DNA from: Anaerolineales bacterium
Lineage (GTDB): Bacteria > Chloroflexota > Anaerolineae > Anaerolineales > UBA11579
Reading direction: 5' to 3'
Length of the DNA: 64,000 nucleotides
Assembly (NCBI GenBank): GCA_963662985.1
Contig: OY760067.1
Coordinates: 1,071,838 to 1,135,837 of the forward strand
Shown here: positions 44,604 to 53,989 of the stretch, piece by piece
How positions within the stretch are numbered: the stretch's first letter is position 1
Layout of the letters: the number at the start of each line of letters is the position of its first letter
Made by a program: the position numbers and the translations under genes
Notes under the pieces: generated by a model
Told to the model about the DNA's origin: nothing
Database searches by the model: none
Seen by the model: the letters and a program-made list of their open reading frames with translations, nothing else

Positions 44604-46658
44604 TTACTCAAATGACACTGAATAGGTAGCTCGTTGCCGTGTAAAGCGTGTAGTTCCCGAAATCACAAACGTCACACTATCCGCCTCACCTGCATCCATT
44701 GCATATTCAAATTCATTACCATCCAAACTCAAATATTCAACAGTCACAATCCCATCTTTTTCCACCAAAGCTGCCACATTGAAGGTTTGCGGTAACAAAT
44801 GGTTCACGCGTACAAACCCTTCACTCACCCACACATCATCTTCGGTTTCAAAGCTCGTTGCATATCCAATTTCAGGAATCGCCAAAGAATCAATCAGCAT
44901 CCCCTCATTGTTCACTGCTGCATCCGTCACATATTCAAAACGAATCATCACATCTTTGCCAGCCAATTCAGAAATATCAATCTCTTCGTCAATCCAACCA
45001 TCAGAAGTGGAGCTCCACCCAAATCCATAATTATTACCTTGCGGATCATAATCAGTTCCATTTTCAGATTTCAAATAGTTCCAACTCGCCCCATCGTCAT
45101 CGGAATAAAGCAAATACACATAATCCCAACCTTCCTCAATATCAAACCAAGTAGAGAAAGTCAAAGTCAAAGGACCATCCACATCGCCAAAATCAAAATA
45201 GCCCGTCAAACGCATATCGGAAGCATCACCCTTATTAGACCAATACGCAAAATCGCCATCTTGAATCGTAGTCGGTAGCAAAGTTGTGAATTCGCCCCCA
45301 TCAAATGCCATCCAAAAACCATTCGTAGCATCCACTTTCACATAATCCGCACCATACTGGTTTACATCATAATCATAACTACCACCAGCCACTGGATCCA
45401 AGAACACCGTAGAATTTGCCTGAGGAGCATTCACATAATTCTCATACACAAAACGACCATCTGCCACATATCCATCTTGCAGATAGTTAGCAATCATCCA
45501 ATCCTGCACCAAATCATCCGCTGTCAAAGCGCTCCCTCGCAAATCATCATCTGTCCCAAAAGTTTGCAACACATCATCAATGCTATCAAATCCATTCGCT
45601 TCATTCGCCACAATCGCGCGGGTCATCTCTTCTCCCAAACGATTCAACAAATAATCAGCAAACAAGAAGCTCGAACCATAGTTTTTAGAAGTGTTCCCAT
45701 CTGCCGGCCAATTATTCAATTGATAATCTGGACTGTGCATAAAGCTATAATCAAATCCACCCGGATCATACCCATTCAAAAACGCTGCCAATTCAGAGAA
45801 TCCCTCATTTAACCAGCTCGTTTCATTTGAATCCAAATTCCAATGAATCATATGTTGATATTCATGTGCCAACACACCTTTGGTATATTCCTCGTCCAAA
45901 CGCACCGCATCCGAATTGAACACAAACAACTCCACCATATTCGAATAAGGATTGCTCAAAATGTTTGATTCATCAGCAGATGAATAATACCCCGCCACAG
46001 TGTTCCCCAAACCACTTGCATATAAAATATAAATATGCCCGTCTCCATCAATCCCAGGGCTCCACTCTGAGCCAAAGAACTCTTGATTCGTTGGATAAAT
46101 TTGATTTTCAAATTCACTCGCCAGATCATTCAAATCTGCTTTATCAAAAGAGATCCCATCTTCGATCCAAAAATACGCATGCTCAGTAACCTTTTCCAAA
46201 CGTGCCGTAATCGTAAAATTGACATTATTATCACTGTTCGACACATTAAAATCGCGCAAGTCACCTTCCACATAGAATTTCACCGGCGAAGTTGGCGGTG
46301 CAGGCACTTCCCCCACCCCGCGCAAACGTACTGCCAAATCATCAAAATTACCAATCGGCACCACTTCCACCTTCAAATTCTCCAATGTCAATTCAGCCAC
46401 ATCCAAAGAACTATCCATTAAATCCGCATCCACCACCACGGGTGTTGTCACCGGATTATTTGAATCACTATCGTATTCAAAATAAAAATCACCATCGGAA
46501 ACATCGGCCAAAAATTCATCGATTTGTTCGGCAATAGCACCAACATCACCGTTCTCCAATATATTTGTGCCCACCACAACACCAATCAATGCGCATGTCA
46601 AAGACACACACAAGCACAAAAGCACAATCGCTATAATCACACCTAAAACCTTATTCAT
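44604..46658 (-). CDS. Membrane-anchored HEXXH (gluzincin-type) metalloprotease, paralogue 3
   Basis: The conserved blocks are FGSEWSPGIDGD, LAHEYQHMIHW (45852-45866), WLNEGFSELA and WFDIEEGWDYVYLLYSDDDGASW...IRFEY...GFVRVN. Its ATG overlaps the stop of the O-antigen-ligase-like gene (ATGAATAA, 46651-46658). Confidence 0.7.
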   Translation of the reverse strand: MNKVLGVIIAIVLLCLCVSLTCALIGVVVGTNILENGDVGAIAEQIDEFLADVSDGDFYFEYDSDSNNPVTTPVVVDADLMDSSLDVAELTLENLKVEVVPIGNFDDLAVRLRGVGEVPAPPTSPVKFYVEGDLRDFNVSNSDNNVNFTITARLEKVTEHAYFWIEDGISFDKADLNDLASEFENQIYPTNQEFFGSEWSPGIDGDGHIYILYASGLGNTVAGYYSSADESNILSNPYSNMVELFVFNSDAVRLDEEYTKGVLAHEYQHMIHWNLDSNETSWLNEGFSELAAFLNGYDPGGFDYSFMHSPDYQLNNWPADGNTSKNYGSSFLFADYLLNRLGEEMTRAIVANEANGFDSIDDVLQTFGTDDDLRGSALTADDLVQDWMIANYLQDGYVADGRFVYENYVNAPQANSTVFLDPVAGGSYDYDVNQYGADYVKVDATNGFWMAFDGGEFTTLLPTTIQDGDFAYWSNKGDASDMRLTGYFDFGDVDGPLTLTFSTWFDIEEGWDYVYLLYSDDDGASWNYLKSENGTDYDPQGNNYGFGWSSTSDGWIDEEIDISELAGKDVMIRFEYVTDAAVNNEGMLIDSLAIPEIGYATSFETEDDVWVSEGFVRVNHLLPQTFNVAALVEKDGIVTVEYLSLDGNEFEYAMDAGEADSVTFVISGTTRFTRQRATYSVSFE

Positions 46659-48123
46659 CTTTTAACTCACCTTCCTCTGAATTCCAAGATTGAACTGTGC
46701 TCAACAAACTGACCACAATTCCCAAAGTAACCCAAATCGTCGGAGACGCAAACGAATCGAACGTAAAGAATCGAATCACGATCCCTGTCACGATCAAAAA
46801 TGCTGCCCCGCCCACAAATTGAACATTCTGATTCTCATTCTTTCGCAAACGCCACACCAGCCCCATCACACTCGCCAAAAACACCAAAAACACCACCAGC
46901 CCAAAAATCCCCGTCTCACTCGCCATCCGCACATACATATTTTTTGCATTCATAAAATGGAAACGTCGCCCGCCATTAAAGCGTGCAATCTCAATCGACC
47001 CATCCATCAACCCAGTCGGGAAAACAAACGGCATATGGAACCCTAACGCCCCAAAGCCAACCCCAAACCAGAAATTCTCTAAAAAGATCTTTATGCCCAT
47101 CAAAGCATAGACCACCCGTGAATTCACATTATTGCTTTGCAGATAATTCAACAATCCCTTATTAAGGCTTGTGCTCCACAATTTTGCAAAATAATTATTA
47201 TGTGAAAAAATAATCCCCACAATAATCACAATCAACGCCACCACCATAATCATAAAAAATCGTAGCAAAATCGCACCAATTTTTTTGTCTTTTTCTTTGA
47301 ATGGCAAAAAATACCATCTGAAAAAATCTTTATAATACCGCGGAGCATAGATCAAAAAGAACAATCCCACCACAATCACCAAAGAGAAAATCCCGCTTCT
47401 TGAATAGGTAAATAAAAGCAAAACAAACCCTGCCACCACAATACCTAATTCAAGCCACCATTGTTTCAAAATTCGCTTTCCAGTCAACAGCGCCATCAAA
47501 AACCAAGGAATATACACAAAGATTAATTGATCTGCAAACCACCCCGGTTCATACGCAAACCCAATGATTCTCCGAATACGTAATCCCTTAATCATAAAAA
47601 ATTCATGAAAAATATTGTAATCCCAGCGATCAATTGGCAATGGCAAAAACAACACAGCCCATTGAATCGCCCCTGCAACCATCAAAGGAAGAAAAGAAAT
47701 AAAAATCCATTTCAATGTAAACTTCATCTCTTCCTCAGAACGATTCATTTGCAATCCTACAAAAAAGAACACCACGCCAAATCCAATCGTAATCAAAGAG
47801 ATAGCAGAACGTGTCCAATAAGATTGTCCAATATAATCATCAGGGGGATAAATCCCATTAATTAATACAGACCCCACTACAACAAATAACAAGATCAAAA
47901 AAATAGTAGAAGTTGGTTGTGGAAAATATAATTTTTTCCCATTAAATAGCTGTAAAACCAACAAACCTGCCAAAATAATAGCAGGGAAAATTGCCAAGGG
48001 ACGCCAAATCGAATCACCTGGGAAAAATCGAAAAGAAGTCACCGGCATACATACTAACACCAACGCCCAAAAGAATTTAAGCGTTTTTTGGTTTGTGAAT
48101 AATTTTAATGTCTTTTGGATCAC
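46651..48123 (-). CDS. O-antigen ligase/polymerase-like (Wzy_C domain) polytopic membrane protein
   Basis: This 490-aa protein has about 11 TM segments. The loop block FTYSRSGIFSLVIVVGLFFL and the periplasmic-loop architecture are typical of the family. Confidence 0.7.
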   Translation of the reverse strand: MIQKTLKLFTNQKTLKFFWALVLVCMPVTSFRFFPGDSIWRPLAIFPAIILAGLLVLQLFNGKKLYFPQPTSTIFLILLFVVVGSVLINGIYPPDDYIGQSYWTRSAISLITIGFGVVFFFVGLQMNRSEEEMKFTLKWIFISFLPLMVAGAIQWAVLFLPLPIDRWDYNIFHEFFMIKGLRIRRIIGFAYEPGWFADQLIFVYIPWFLMALLTGKRILKQWWLELGIVVAGFVLLLFTYSRSGIFSLVIVVGLFFLIYAPRYYKDFFRWYFLPFKEKDKKIGAILLRFFMIMVVALIVIIVGIIFSHNNYFAKLWSTSLNKGLLNYLQSNNVNSRVVYALMGIKIFLENFWFGVGFGALGFHMPFVFPTGLMDGSIEIARFNGGRRFHFMNAKNMYVRMASETGIFGLVVFLVFLASVMGLVWRLRKNENQNVQFVGGAAFLIVTGIVIRFFTFDSFASPTIWVTLGIVVSLLSTVQSWNSEEGELKDE

Positions 48124-48135
48124 GGTCGTTCTCCT

Positions 48136-48915
48136 TTAATTTTCTTCTTTCAAAAAGAACAATCCCAACCCCAAAACAAACAAAATACCTAAAAACACAC
48201 CCATTAGATCAACCACTGCATTTATTGGTGTTTCATTCACAATTAGATTTTCCAAGCTCACAGGATTAATTTCAACATAAGGAGAAATTCCTTTTGAATT
48301 TCTAACAATCTCTTTAAACAAAGCAACATTCTTATCTAAATTATCCCAATTTTCCTGTGATTCAGTTCCATTCTTCTCAATTTCACATAATTCTCGGTCT
48401 TGAAGCACCAAAAATTCTGCCCGAGCTTCTTCCAATTCTTTTTCAAATTCAAGAGACCCCATCACTTCTTCTGTAAATGCCACAGCCCAAACTTTTACCA
48501 CATCTTGAGAAAGTTGTGCATCATTGCTGCTCACATGTAATTCCCAAATTCCCTCATACTGTTTCACAATCCGTAACATGCCATCCCGTAACTCCACCAC
48601 AGAAATACCTGGCACTTCTTCCACCACACGTTGAAGCACATCATCTCCAAGAGCAACTGCTTCCAACTTACGATTTTCAATATCATAATAATAAGCAATA
48701 CTCTTATCATTAACATTCACCCAAGCTTGCTCTCGATTATGATCCACAATCACCGTCGCAAAGGTCTCATAGTGCTTAGGCAACACAAAGCTCAACACCA
48801 CACCCAAAATCGCGCCTATTACAGCACCCACCAACCACAAACGCCAACTAAGCAAAACGCGCACAAAAGTGCTGTCTCCTTTTTGCCAACTTAAGTTTTC
48901 AAAGAATTTTTTCAT
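48136..48915 (-). CDS. Wzz-like polysaccharide chain-length determinant (PCP) protein
   Basis: The N-terminal TM segment followed by PKHYETFATVIVD resembles the Wzz motif. A coiled middle region is followed by a second TM at the C-terminus (VVDLMGVFLGILFVLGLGLFFL). Confidence 0.6.
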   Translation of the reverse strand: MKKFFENLSWQKGDSTFVRVLLSWRLWLVGAVIGAILGVVLSFVLPKHYETFATVIVDHNREQAWVNVNDKSIAYYYDIENRKLEAVALGDDVLQRVVEEVPGISVVELRDGMLRIVKQYEGIWELHVSSNDAQLSQDVVKVWAVAFTEEVMGSLEFEKELEEARAEFLVLQDRELCEIEKNGTESQENWDNLDKNVALFKEIVRNSKGISPYVEINPVSLENLIVNETPINAVVDLMGVFLGILFVLGLGLFFLKEEN

Positions 48916-48928
48916 CTTGAGCTCCTGT

Positions 48929-49726
48929 TTAACTATTTAACGAATTTTGTGCTTTTTTGTTGCGTCGGTAGGTCACCAAAGGTGCCAACACCTTTCGCAA
49001 ATAATATTTCGCATTCATCACAGATAACCACTTTCCGCCATCTCGATAATGAATCGTCATCATATCCCGCCAGCAGCGGTCATCTTCTGCAATTGTCTTC
49101 GCATCCATATGCAAGCGGAACGCACCCCAATCTCGCCCCGGCAAATATTTCACTTCACTCACTTCTGCCAAGCGACACCACAAATCATAATCCATCGCAA
49201 AATAAATCGAATCATCCAATGGACCCACCTCGCGCCACAGCTCAGCTCGCCAATAAGCGCTCTGTTGCGGCACATGCACATAGCCCTGTCGCAATTTTTT
49301 CGCATCCGTCTGCGCTGCCGGGAACTTCCCAATCACCTCATCATTCGCATCAATGAAAGTTGCGTCGCCATAGACCAAGCCCACCTCAGGGTGCGCCATC
49401 AAATAGTCCACCGCCTCGGCCACCGCATTCGGCTTCAACACATCATCCGAATTGATCCACGCCAAAATCTCCCCATTCGCTCGTGCAAATCCCTTATTAA
49501 TCGCATCCGTCTGCCCCTTATCTTTTTCAGATACCCAGCCTGCAATCCGATCTTCATATTTTTCCAAAATAGACACCGTCTCATCCGTCGAGCCGCCATC
49601 CATCACCCAATACTCAACATTCGCATAACTCTGCCCCAACACCGACAAAATTGTGCGTTCAATATACTTACCCTGATTAAAAGAAGGAGTCACAATCGTC
49701 ACAAGGGGAGTCTTCTTTTCAGTCAT
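48929..49726 (-). CDS. Glycosyltransferase family 2
   Basis: The defining block is LVTIVTPSFNQGKYIERTILSVLGQSYANVEYWVMDGGSTDETV...NSDD. Confidence 0.85.
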   Translation of the reverse strand: MTEKKTPLVTIVTPSFNQGKYIERTILSVLGQSYANVEYWVMDGGSTDETVSILEKYEDRIAGWVSEKDKGQTDAINKGFARANGEILAWINSDDVLKPNAVAEAVDYLMAHPEVGLVYGDATFIDANDEVIGKFPAAQTDAKKLRQGYVHVPQQSAYWRAELWREVGPLDDSIYFAMDYDLWCRLAEVSEVKYLPGRDWGAFRLHMDAKTIAEDDRCWRDMMTIHYRDGGKWLSVMNAKYYLRKVLAPLVTYRRNKKAQNSLNS

Positions 49727-49762
49727 TCTTTCACCTCATCCTTATAAAAATGGTGTCCGTGC

Positions 49763-50653
49763 TTATTTTCGCACCAACACCACAAAAAATTTCACAAACC
49801 ATTTCCAATATCGCACCGCATACCCAAAGTCAAAGCGGAACGCTCGCAAAAACACCCGCCAAAAGCGCCCAAACTGACGCGCCAACAACGAATAATAGCC
49901 ATCCACAATCAGCGCCCCTGCCATCACTTTCGCATAGTTTTTTTGCACTGAAGGAGCTAAGTCATCTTGCGTTTTTGCCCACTCAATCACTCGCCAAACC
50001 TCATCTGCAAATTTCCCCGCTTGGGCCACATTCTTCGCATCTTCGTGATATTTTGCTTCTGCCAAAAACTGGTCTATATAAATAATCGGCGCATTACGTG
50101 CCAACTGAATCCATAATTGATGATCTAGCAAAAAATGAAAATCTAAATTTAATCCATCACTCGCGTCAAACGCGCTCTTGCGCATGAACACCGCCGGCTG
50201 CGAAATTATCCGCATCGCCAACAAATCCACCACATCATACGCCTCAAATTGATGTGTTGCAATCACCTTTCCCTGTCCATCCACTGAGCGATCCTTGCCA
50301 TAGACAAACGCTGCATCAGGGTTTTCCTCAAGCGCAGCCACAGCCGTCGCCACCGCACCCGGCAAATATACATCATCCGAATTCAACCACGCCACATACT
50401 TCCCCGTCGCTATCGCAAATCCCTTATTAATCGCATCTGCCTGCCCCGCATCCGGTTCAGACACCCAATACGCCAATCGATCTGCATAACGCTCCAAAAT
50501 CGCCACACTACCATCCGTAGACCCCCCATCAATCACAATATACTCAATCGCCGGATAGTCCTGCCCCAACACAGACAACAACGTTTCTTCTAAAAACGCT
50601 GCCTGATTAAAAGAAGGGGTAATAATCGAGATTAACGGCGCACGATCGCTCAT
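49763..50653 (-). CDS. Glycosyltransferase family 2 (tandem paralogue of the previous gene)
   Basis: The defining block is LISIITPSFNQAAFLEETLLSVLGQDYPAIEYIVIDGGSTDGSV...NSDD. Confidence 0.85.
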   Translation of the reverse strand: MSDRAPLISIITPSFNQAAFLEETLLSVLGQDYPAIEYIVIDGGSTDGSVAILERYADRLAYWVSEPDAGQADAINKGFAIATGKYVAWLNSDDVYLPGAVATAVAALEENPDAAFVYGKDRSVDGQGKVIATHQFEAYDVVDLLAMRIISQPAVFMRKSAFDASDGLNLDFHFLLDHQLWIQLARNAPIIYIDQFLAEAKYHEDAKNVAQAGKFADEVWRVIEWAKTQDDLAPSVQKNYAKVMAGALIVDGYYSLLARQFGRFWRVFLRAFRFDFGYAVRYWKWFVKFFVVLVRK

Positions 50654-50668
50654 TCGTCCAACTTCATC

Positions 50669-51490
50669 CTATTTTTCAAACAAAGTGTTGTAATCCACTT
50701 TGGGGAAAACTTGCAGCTTCCCACCCACAGTTGCATCCACCACTTTGCGGCCTGCTTTTTCATAATGATACTTCGCCATATGATAGCCCACTTCAGAAGT
50801 ATCCAAATCGGGCAATTGCCAACGGAACCCTTTTCCAAAATATTGCGCATTAAAGTGATTCGGATCATCGCCTTCAGACGTAATCGTCTTGTTTGCTTCG
50901 CCCTTCGACGCAAAGCTATGATCCACCCCAATTAAAATTGCTTCTTCAAATCCCATATGAAATGCCAATTGCAAACACACATACGTCACCGTTGCCCCTT
51001 CCCACATGCGCCCACGGCAATCTTCAGAGAACTTCTCCCCATCATAAGTTGTGTGCAAAAACGCCATCTTCTCTCGCATTTCCAAATAGTCCCGTGAACG
51101 CCAAGAGAAAAATTTCGGCATCGGTTGTGCCATCAAATCCACTGCACATTGTTCAATCACCAACGTATTCACACACACCAAAAAACTGGTCATAAAATCC
51201 CATTCATCAAATGCCATATAAATGCGATTCATCCCAAACGTATATTCATCTTTTAACTTAGAAACATCCGTATTCTTCAAACTCGGACCATTCCCAATAA
51301 TAAAACATCGTTCACCCTTATACTGATCCTTCAACTCCGCCAACATCGCCTTGCTTTGTCGTCGCCAAGGGTGAAACGTTGCATTCGGCCATTGCGCCAA
51401 ATGGTTCAAGCGCATCTTGCTCTGGCTCGCCGCCCGCCACAATCCTTCTGGGGCCACATTTTTAATCGCACGCTTCAAGTCGCTCATCAT
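50669..51490 (-). CDS. DUF115/MptE-like protein with GT42 (Cst-type sialyltransferase)-like N-terminal motif; putative CMP-sugar-dependent glycosyltransferase
   Basis: ERCFIIGNGPSLKNTDVSKLKDEYTFGMNRIYMAF parallels the IIAGNGPSLK...FRCNQFYF motif of Campylobacter Cst enzymes and Maf/DUF115 proteins (from memory). Confidence 0.55.
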   Translation of the reverse strand: MMSDLKRAIKNVAPEGLWRAASQSKMRLNHLAQWPNATFHPWRRQSKAMLAELKDQYKGERCFIIGNGPSLKNTDVSKLKDEYTFGMNRIYMAFDEWDFMTSFLVCVNTLVIEQCAVDLMAQPMPKFFSWRSRDYLEMREKMAFLHTTYDGEKFSEDCRGRMWEGATVTYVCLQLAFHMGFEEAILIGVDHSFASKGEANKTITSEGDDPNHFNAQYFGKGFRWQLPDLDTSEVGYHMAKYHYEKAGRKVVDATVGGKLQVFPKVDYNTLFEK

Positions 51491-51495
51491 TCACC

Positions 51496-52257
51496 TCATT
51501 CTGTGCTCAAGCGAGTCGTTGCCCCGCCATCCACAATCAGCGGTTGCCCAGTCATGAAAGAAGACTGTACATTATCCGCTAAGAAGTAAATCCCATGCGC
51601 TAATTCTTCCGTCGTCCCCACGCGTCCAATCACCGTTTTTTGTGCCAAGGCATCCAAGCGCTCATCAATCGTTCCCCCACTCACATGTCCACGGTTCATT
51701 CCATCGCGCAGCAAAAATGTATCCACAGCCCCTGGCAAAATTGCATTCGCGCGCACCCCATCCGGTGCAAATTCAATCGCCATCGCTCGCGTCAATGCCA
51801 GCAATGCGCCTTTGCTCGCTGCATAAGAAGACACCCCCGCAGAAGTTGCCACCGCATGCACAGAAGACACATTCACCACCGCCCCTTTGGCTGCCTTCAA
51901 CAATCCATAAAGTTCGCGCACCAAAATATAAGGCGCCCGCACATTCACTTTAATCAAATTATCCCATTCATCATTCGTGGTTTCCACCAAAGGTTTATTA
52001 TATTGAATCGCCGCATTATTCACAATCGCATCCAAAGCAGGTGTAAACGCCTTCACCTCAGCCACAATTGTTTCCAAATCATCATCCATTGAAATATCAT
52101 ACGTTAAAAATAAGCCATCTGTCGGAAAATCCTCTGGTGCCCCCGCGCGATCCACACCAATCACCGTCCATCCTTTTTCCGCAAACAATCGCACCGAAGC
52201 ACTCCCAATCCCACCAGCTGCCCCAGTAATCAAAACAGTTCGTTTAGTTTCACTCAT
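51496..52257 (-). CDS. Short-chain dehydrogenase/reductase (classical SDR)
   Basis: The motifs are VLITGAAGGIGSA (TGxxxGIG), NNAA and YAASKGAL (YxxxK). Confidence 0.85.
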   Translation of the reverse strand: MSETKRTVLITGAAGGIGSASVRLFAEKGWTVIGVDRAGAPEDFPTDGLFLTYDISMDDDLETIVAEVKAFTPALDAIVNNAAIQYNKPLVETTNDEWDNLIKVNVRAPYILVRELYGLLKAAKGAVVNVSSVHAVATSAGVSSYAASKGALLALTRAMAIEFAPDGVRANAILPGAVDTFLLRDGMNRGHVSGGTIDERLDALAQKTVIGRVGTTEELAHGIYFLADNVQSSFMTGQPLIVDGGATTRLSTE

Positions 52258-52274
52258 CTTCTTCCTCCGCCCAT

Positions 52275-53261
52275 TTAGTCAATGGAATAGTTCTTCAGGT
52301 CTAATTTTTCAGCATCCAAACCCAACCCCACCAACAAATTGCGAACGGTGCTCCAATGCACACGTTCCCAAGCCATCGGGCTAGAATTTGAGTTATGGGG
52401 CGCCAACAACACCTGATCCATTTTCTTCAATGGGCTGTCCACTGGCAACGGTTCAAATTCAAACACATCCAAGCCAGCTCCCGCAATTTGTCCGCTTTGC
52501 AAAGCCGCAATCAAATCCGCTTCCTTAACCACCGGTCCGCGGCTAGTATTAATCAACACTGCATTCGGCTTCATCAATTTCAATGCATCCGCATTCATCA
52601 TTCCCACACTGCTCGGGTTCAAATCCGTGTTCATGCTCACAAAATCAGATCGTTTCAAAAGATCTTCATAGCTCGTCATCTCAATTCCCGTTTCCACCAC
52701 AAAAGAAGGAGACGGCTCTTTCGGGTCACAACCCAACAAAGTCATTCCAAATGCCTTTGCCTTACGTGCCACCGACTGGCCAATATTGCCTACACCCACA
52801 ATCCCCAAAGTAGATTCACACAATGCTTTACCGGGGATTTTCTTCCATTCCCCAGATTTCATTGCCTTGTCCATCCACAATTGGCGGCGAGAAAATGCCA
52901 AAATATACGCCAACACCGAATCAGAAACAGGAATCGTAAATGCATCAGGGGTGTTCCCCACCATCACGCCCATTTCATTCGCAGATTTTTTATCAATCGA
53001 ATCAATCCCCGTCCCCCATTTAGAAATCACTTTCAAACGTGGCAAACAAGCCGCAATCACGTCCGCACCATAGCGGTCGTCCCCACAAATCGTACCGTCA
53101 AATTGACCTGCATAGCGCAAAATATCTTCTGCCTCAAAGCGTTCATTCACCTCAGGCACAATCACTTCCAAATCAAAATCATCAAAAACTGGTTTAAATC
53201 GATCCACAAATGGGATCATATAAGGGGCGGTCAACAAAACCACGTTCTTAGCCATTTTCAA
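52275..53261 (-). CDS. D-isomer-specific 2-hydroxyacid dehydrogenase (phosphoglycerate-dehydrogenase-like)
   Basis: The motifs are LGIVGVGNIGQSVARKAKAFGM (GxGxxG), LINTSRGPVV, AGLDVFEFEP and APHNSN. Confidence 0.85.
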   Translation of the reverse strand: MKMAKNVVLLTAPYMIPFVDRFKPVFDDFDLEVIVPEVNERFEAEDILRYAGQFDGTICGDDRYGADVIAACLPRLKVISKWGTGIDSIDKKSANEMGVMVGNTPDAFTIPVSDSVLAYILAFSRRQLWMDKAMKSGEWKKIPGKALCESTLGIVGVGNIGQSVARKAKAFGMTLLGCDPKEPSPSFVVETGIEMTSYEDLLKRSDFVSMNTDLNPSSVGMMNADALKLMKPNAVLINTSRGPVVKEADLIAALQSGQIAGAGLDVFEFEPLPVDSPLKKMDQVLLAPHNSNSSPMAWERVHWSTVRNLLVGLGLDAEKLDLKNYSID

Positions 53262-53272
53262 GTCTCCTAAAA

Positions 53273-53971
53273 TTAGTAGAGGTTTTTTTCTCGTTTTAAT
53301 TTCAACATCAATTCCACCATCAAAAAATCCAATTCCACGTCAATGTCCATTGCTTCTTCTGCCGCAATCGGGAACATCATCGCCTTCGGACTAATTCGAT
53401 GTCCATGTTTCACCAATGTCTCACGTTCAAACAAATAAATACACGAATTTTCTTCATATACCGGAGGCAAATCCTGCGTACGTAACAATTCCTTCGGATT
53501 ATGATTAATCGCCGTGCCATCTTCCCAATAAAGTCGTGTCTGCAAACCCGTCACCGAAAACAAAGAAGTCTTCTCCGGATACTGCGCAACAAACGTCTGA
53601 ATCGCTTTTGAAATTGTCTCCGCCTTCAAAAGGGGGTTCGTGCTATGCGTCTGCAAATAGAAATCCGCCTCAATCAATCCCGTATCATGCAACAAAATCG
53701 TATTCATCGGAATTTCGCCATCGCGCAATTCCGCAGGGCGTTCCACCACCACAATGCGCGCATCCTTGCCTTGCAAGCCAGCCATCACATCTGGGCTGTC
53801 CGTATCCACCAAAATTTGGTCAATCTCTTCACACGCCAACAACGTATCCACAATATGTGCATACAAAGGTTTGTCATCCATCATCCGATAATTTTTCCCC
53901 GGCACACGTTCCGAAGAATGACGCATCGGCACCAACGCCACAATTTTTTTTCCTTGATAGGCCATTTTCAC
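53273..53971 (-). CDS. Acylneuraminate/CMP-sugar cytidylyltransferase family protein (CTP_transf_3)
   Basis: The defining block is KIVALVPMRHSSERVPGKNYRMMDDKPLYAHIVDTLL. The protein is 232 aa. Confidence 0.8.
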   Translation of the reverse strand: MKMAYQGKKIVALVPMRHSSERVPGKNYRMMDDKPLYAHIVDTLLACEEIDQILVDTDSPDVMAGLQGKDARIVVVERPAELRDGEIPMNTILLHDTGLIEADFYLQTHSTNPLLKAETISKAIQTFVAQYPEKTSLFSVTGLQTRLYWEDGTAINHNPKELLRTQDLPPVYEENSCIYLFERETLVKHGHRISPKAMMFPIAAEEAMDIDVELDFLMVELMLKLKREKNLY

Positions 53972-53989
53972 GTCCTCAATTTTCTTTAA

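Noticed and set aside
50650-50931. A 93-aa - strand ORF overlaps the 3' part of the DUF115-like gene in another frame.
   Set aside because: It is fully nested in a better-supported ORF and has no motif or Shine-Dalgarno sequence.
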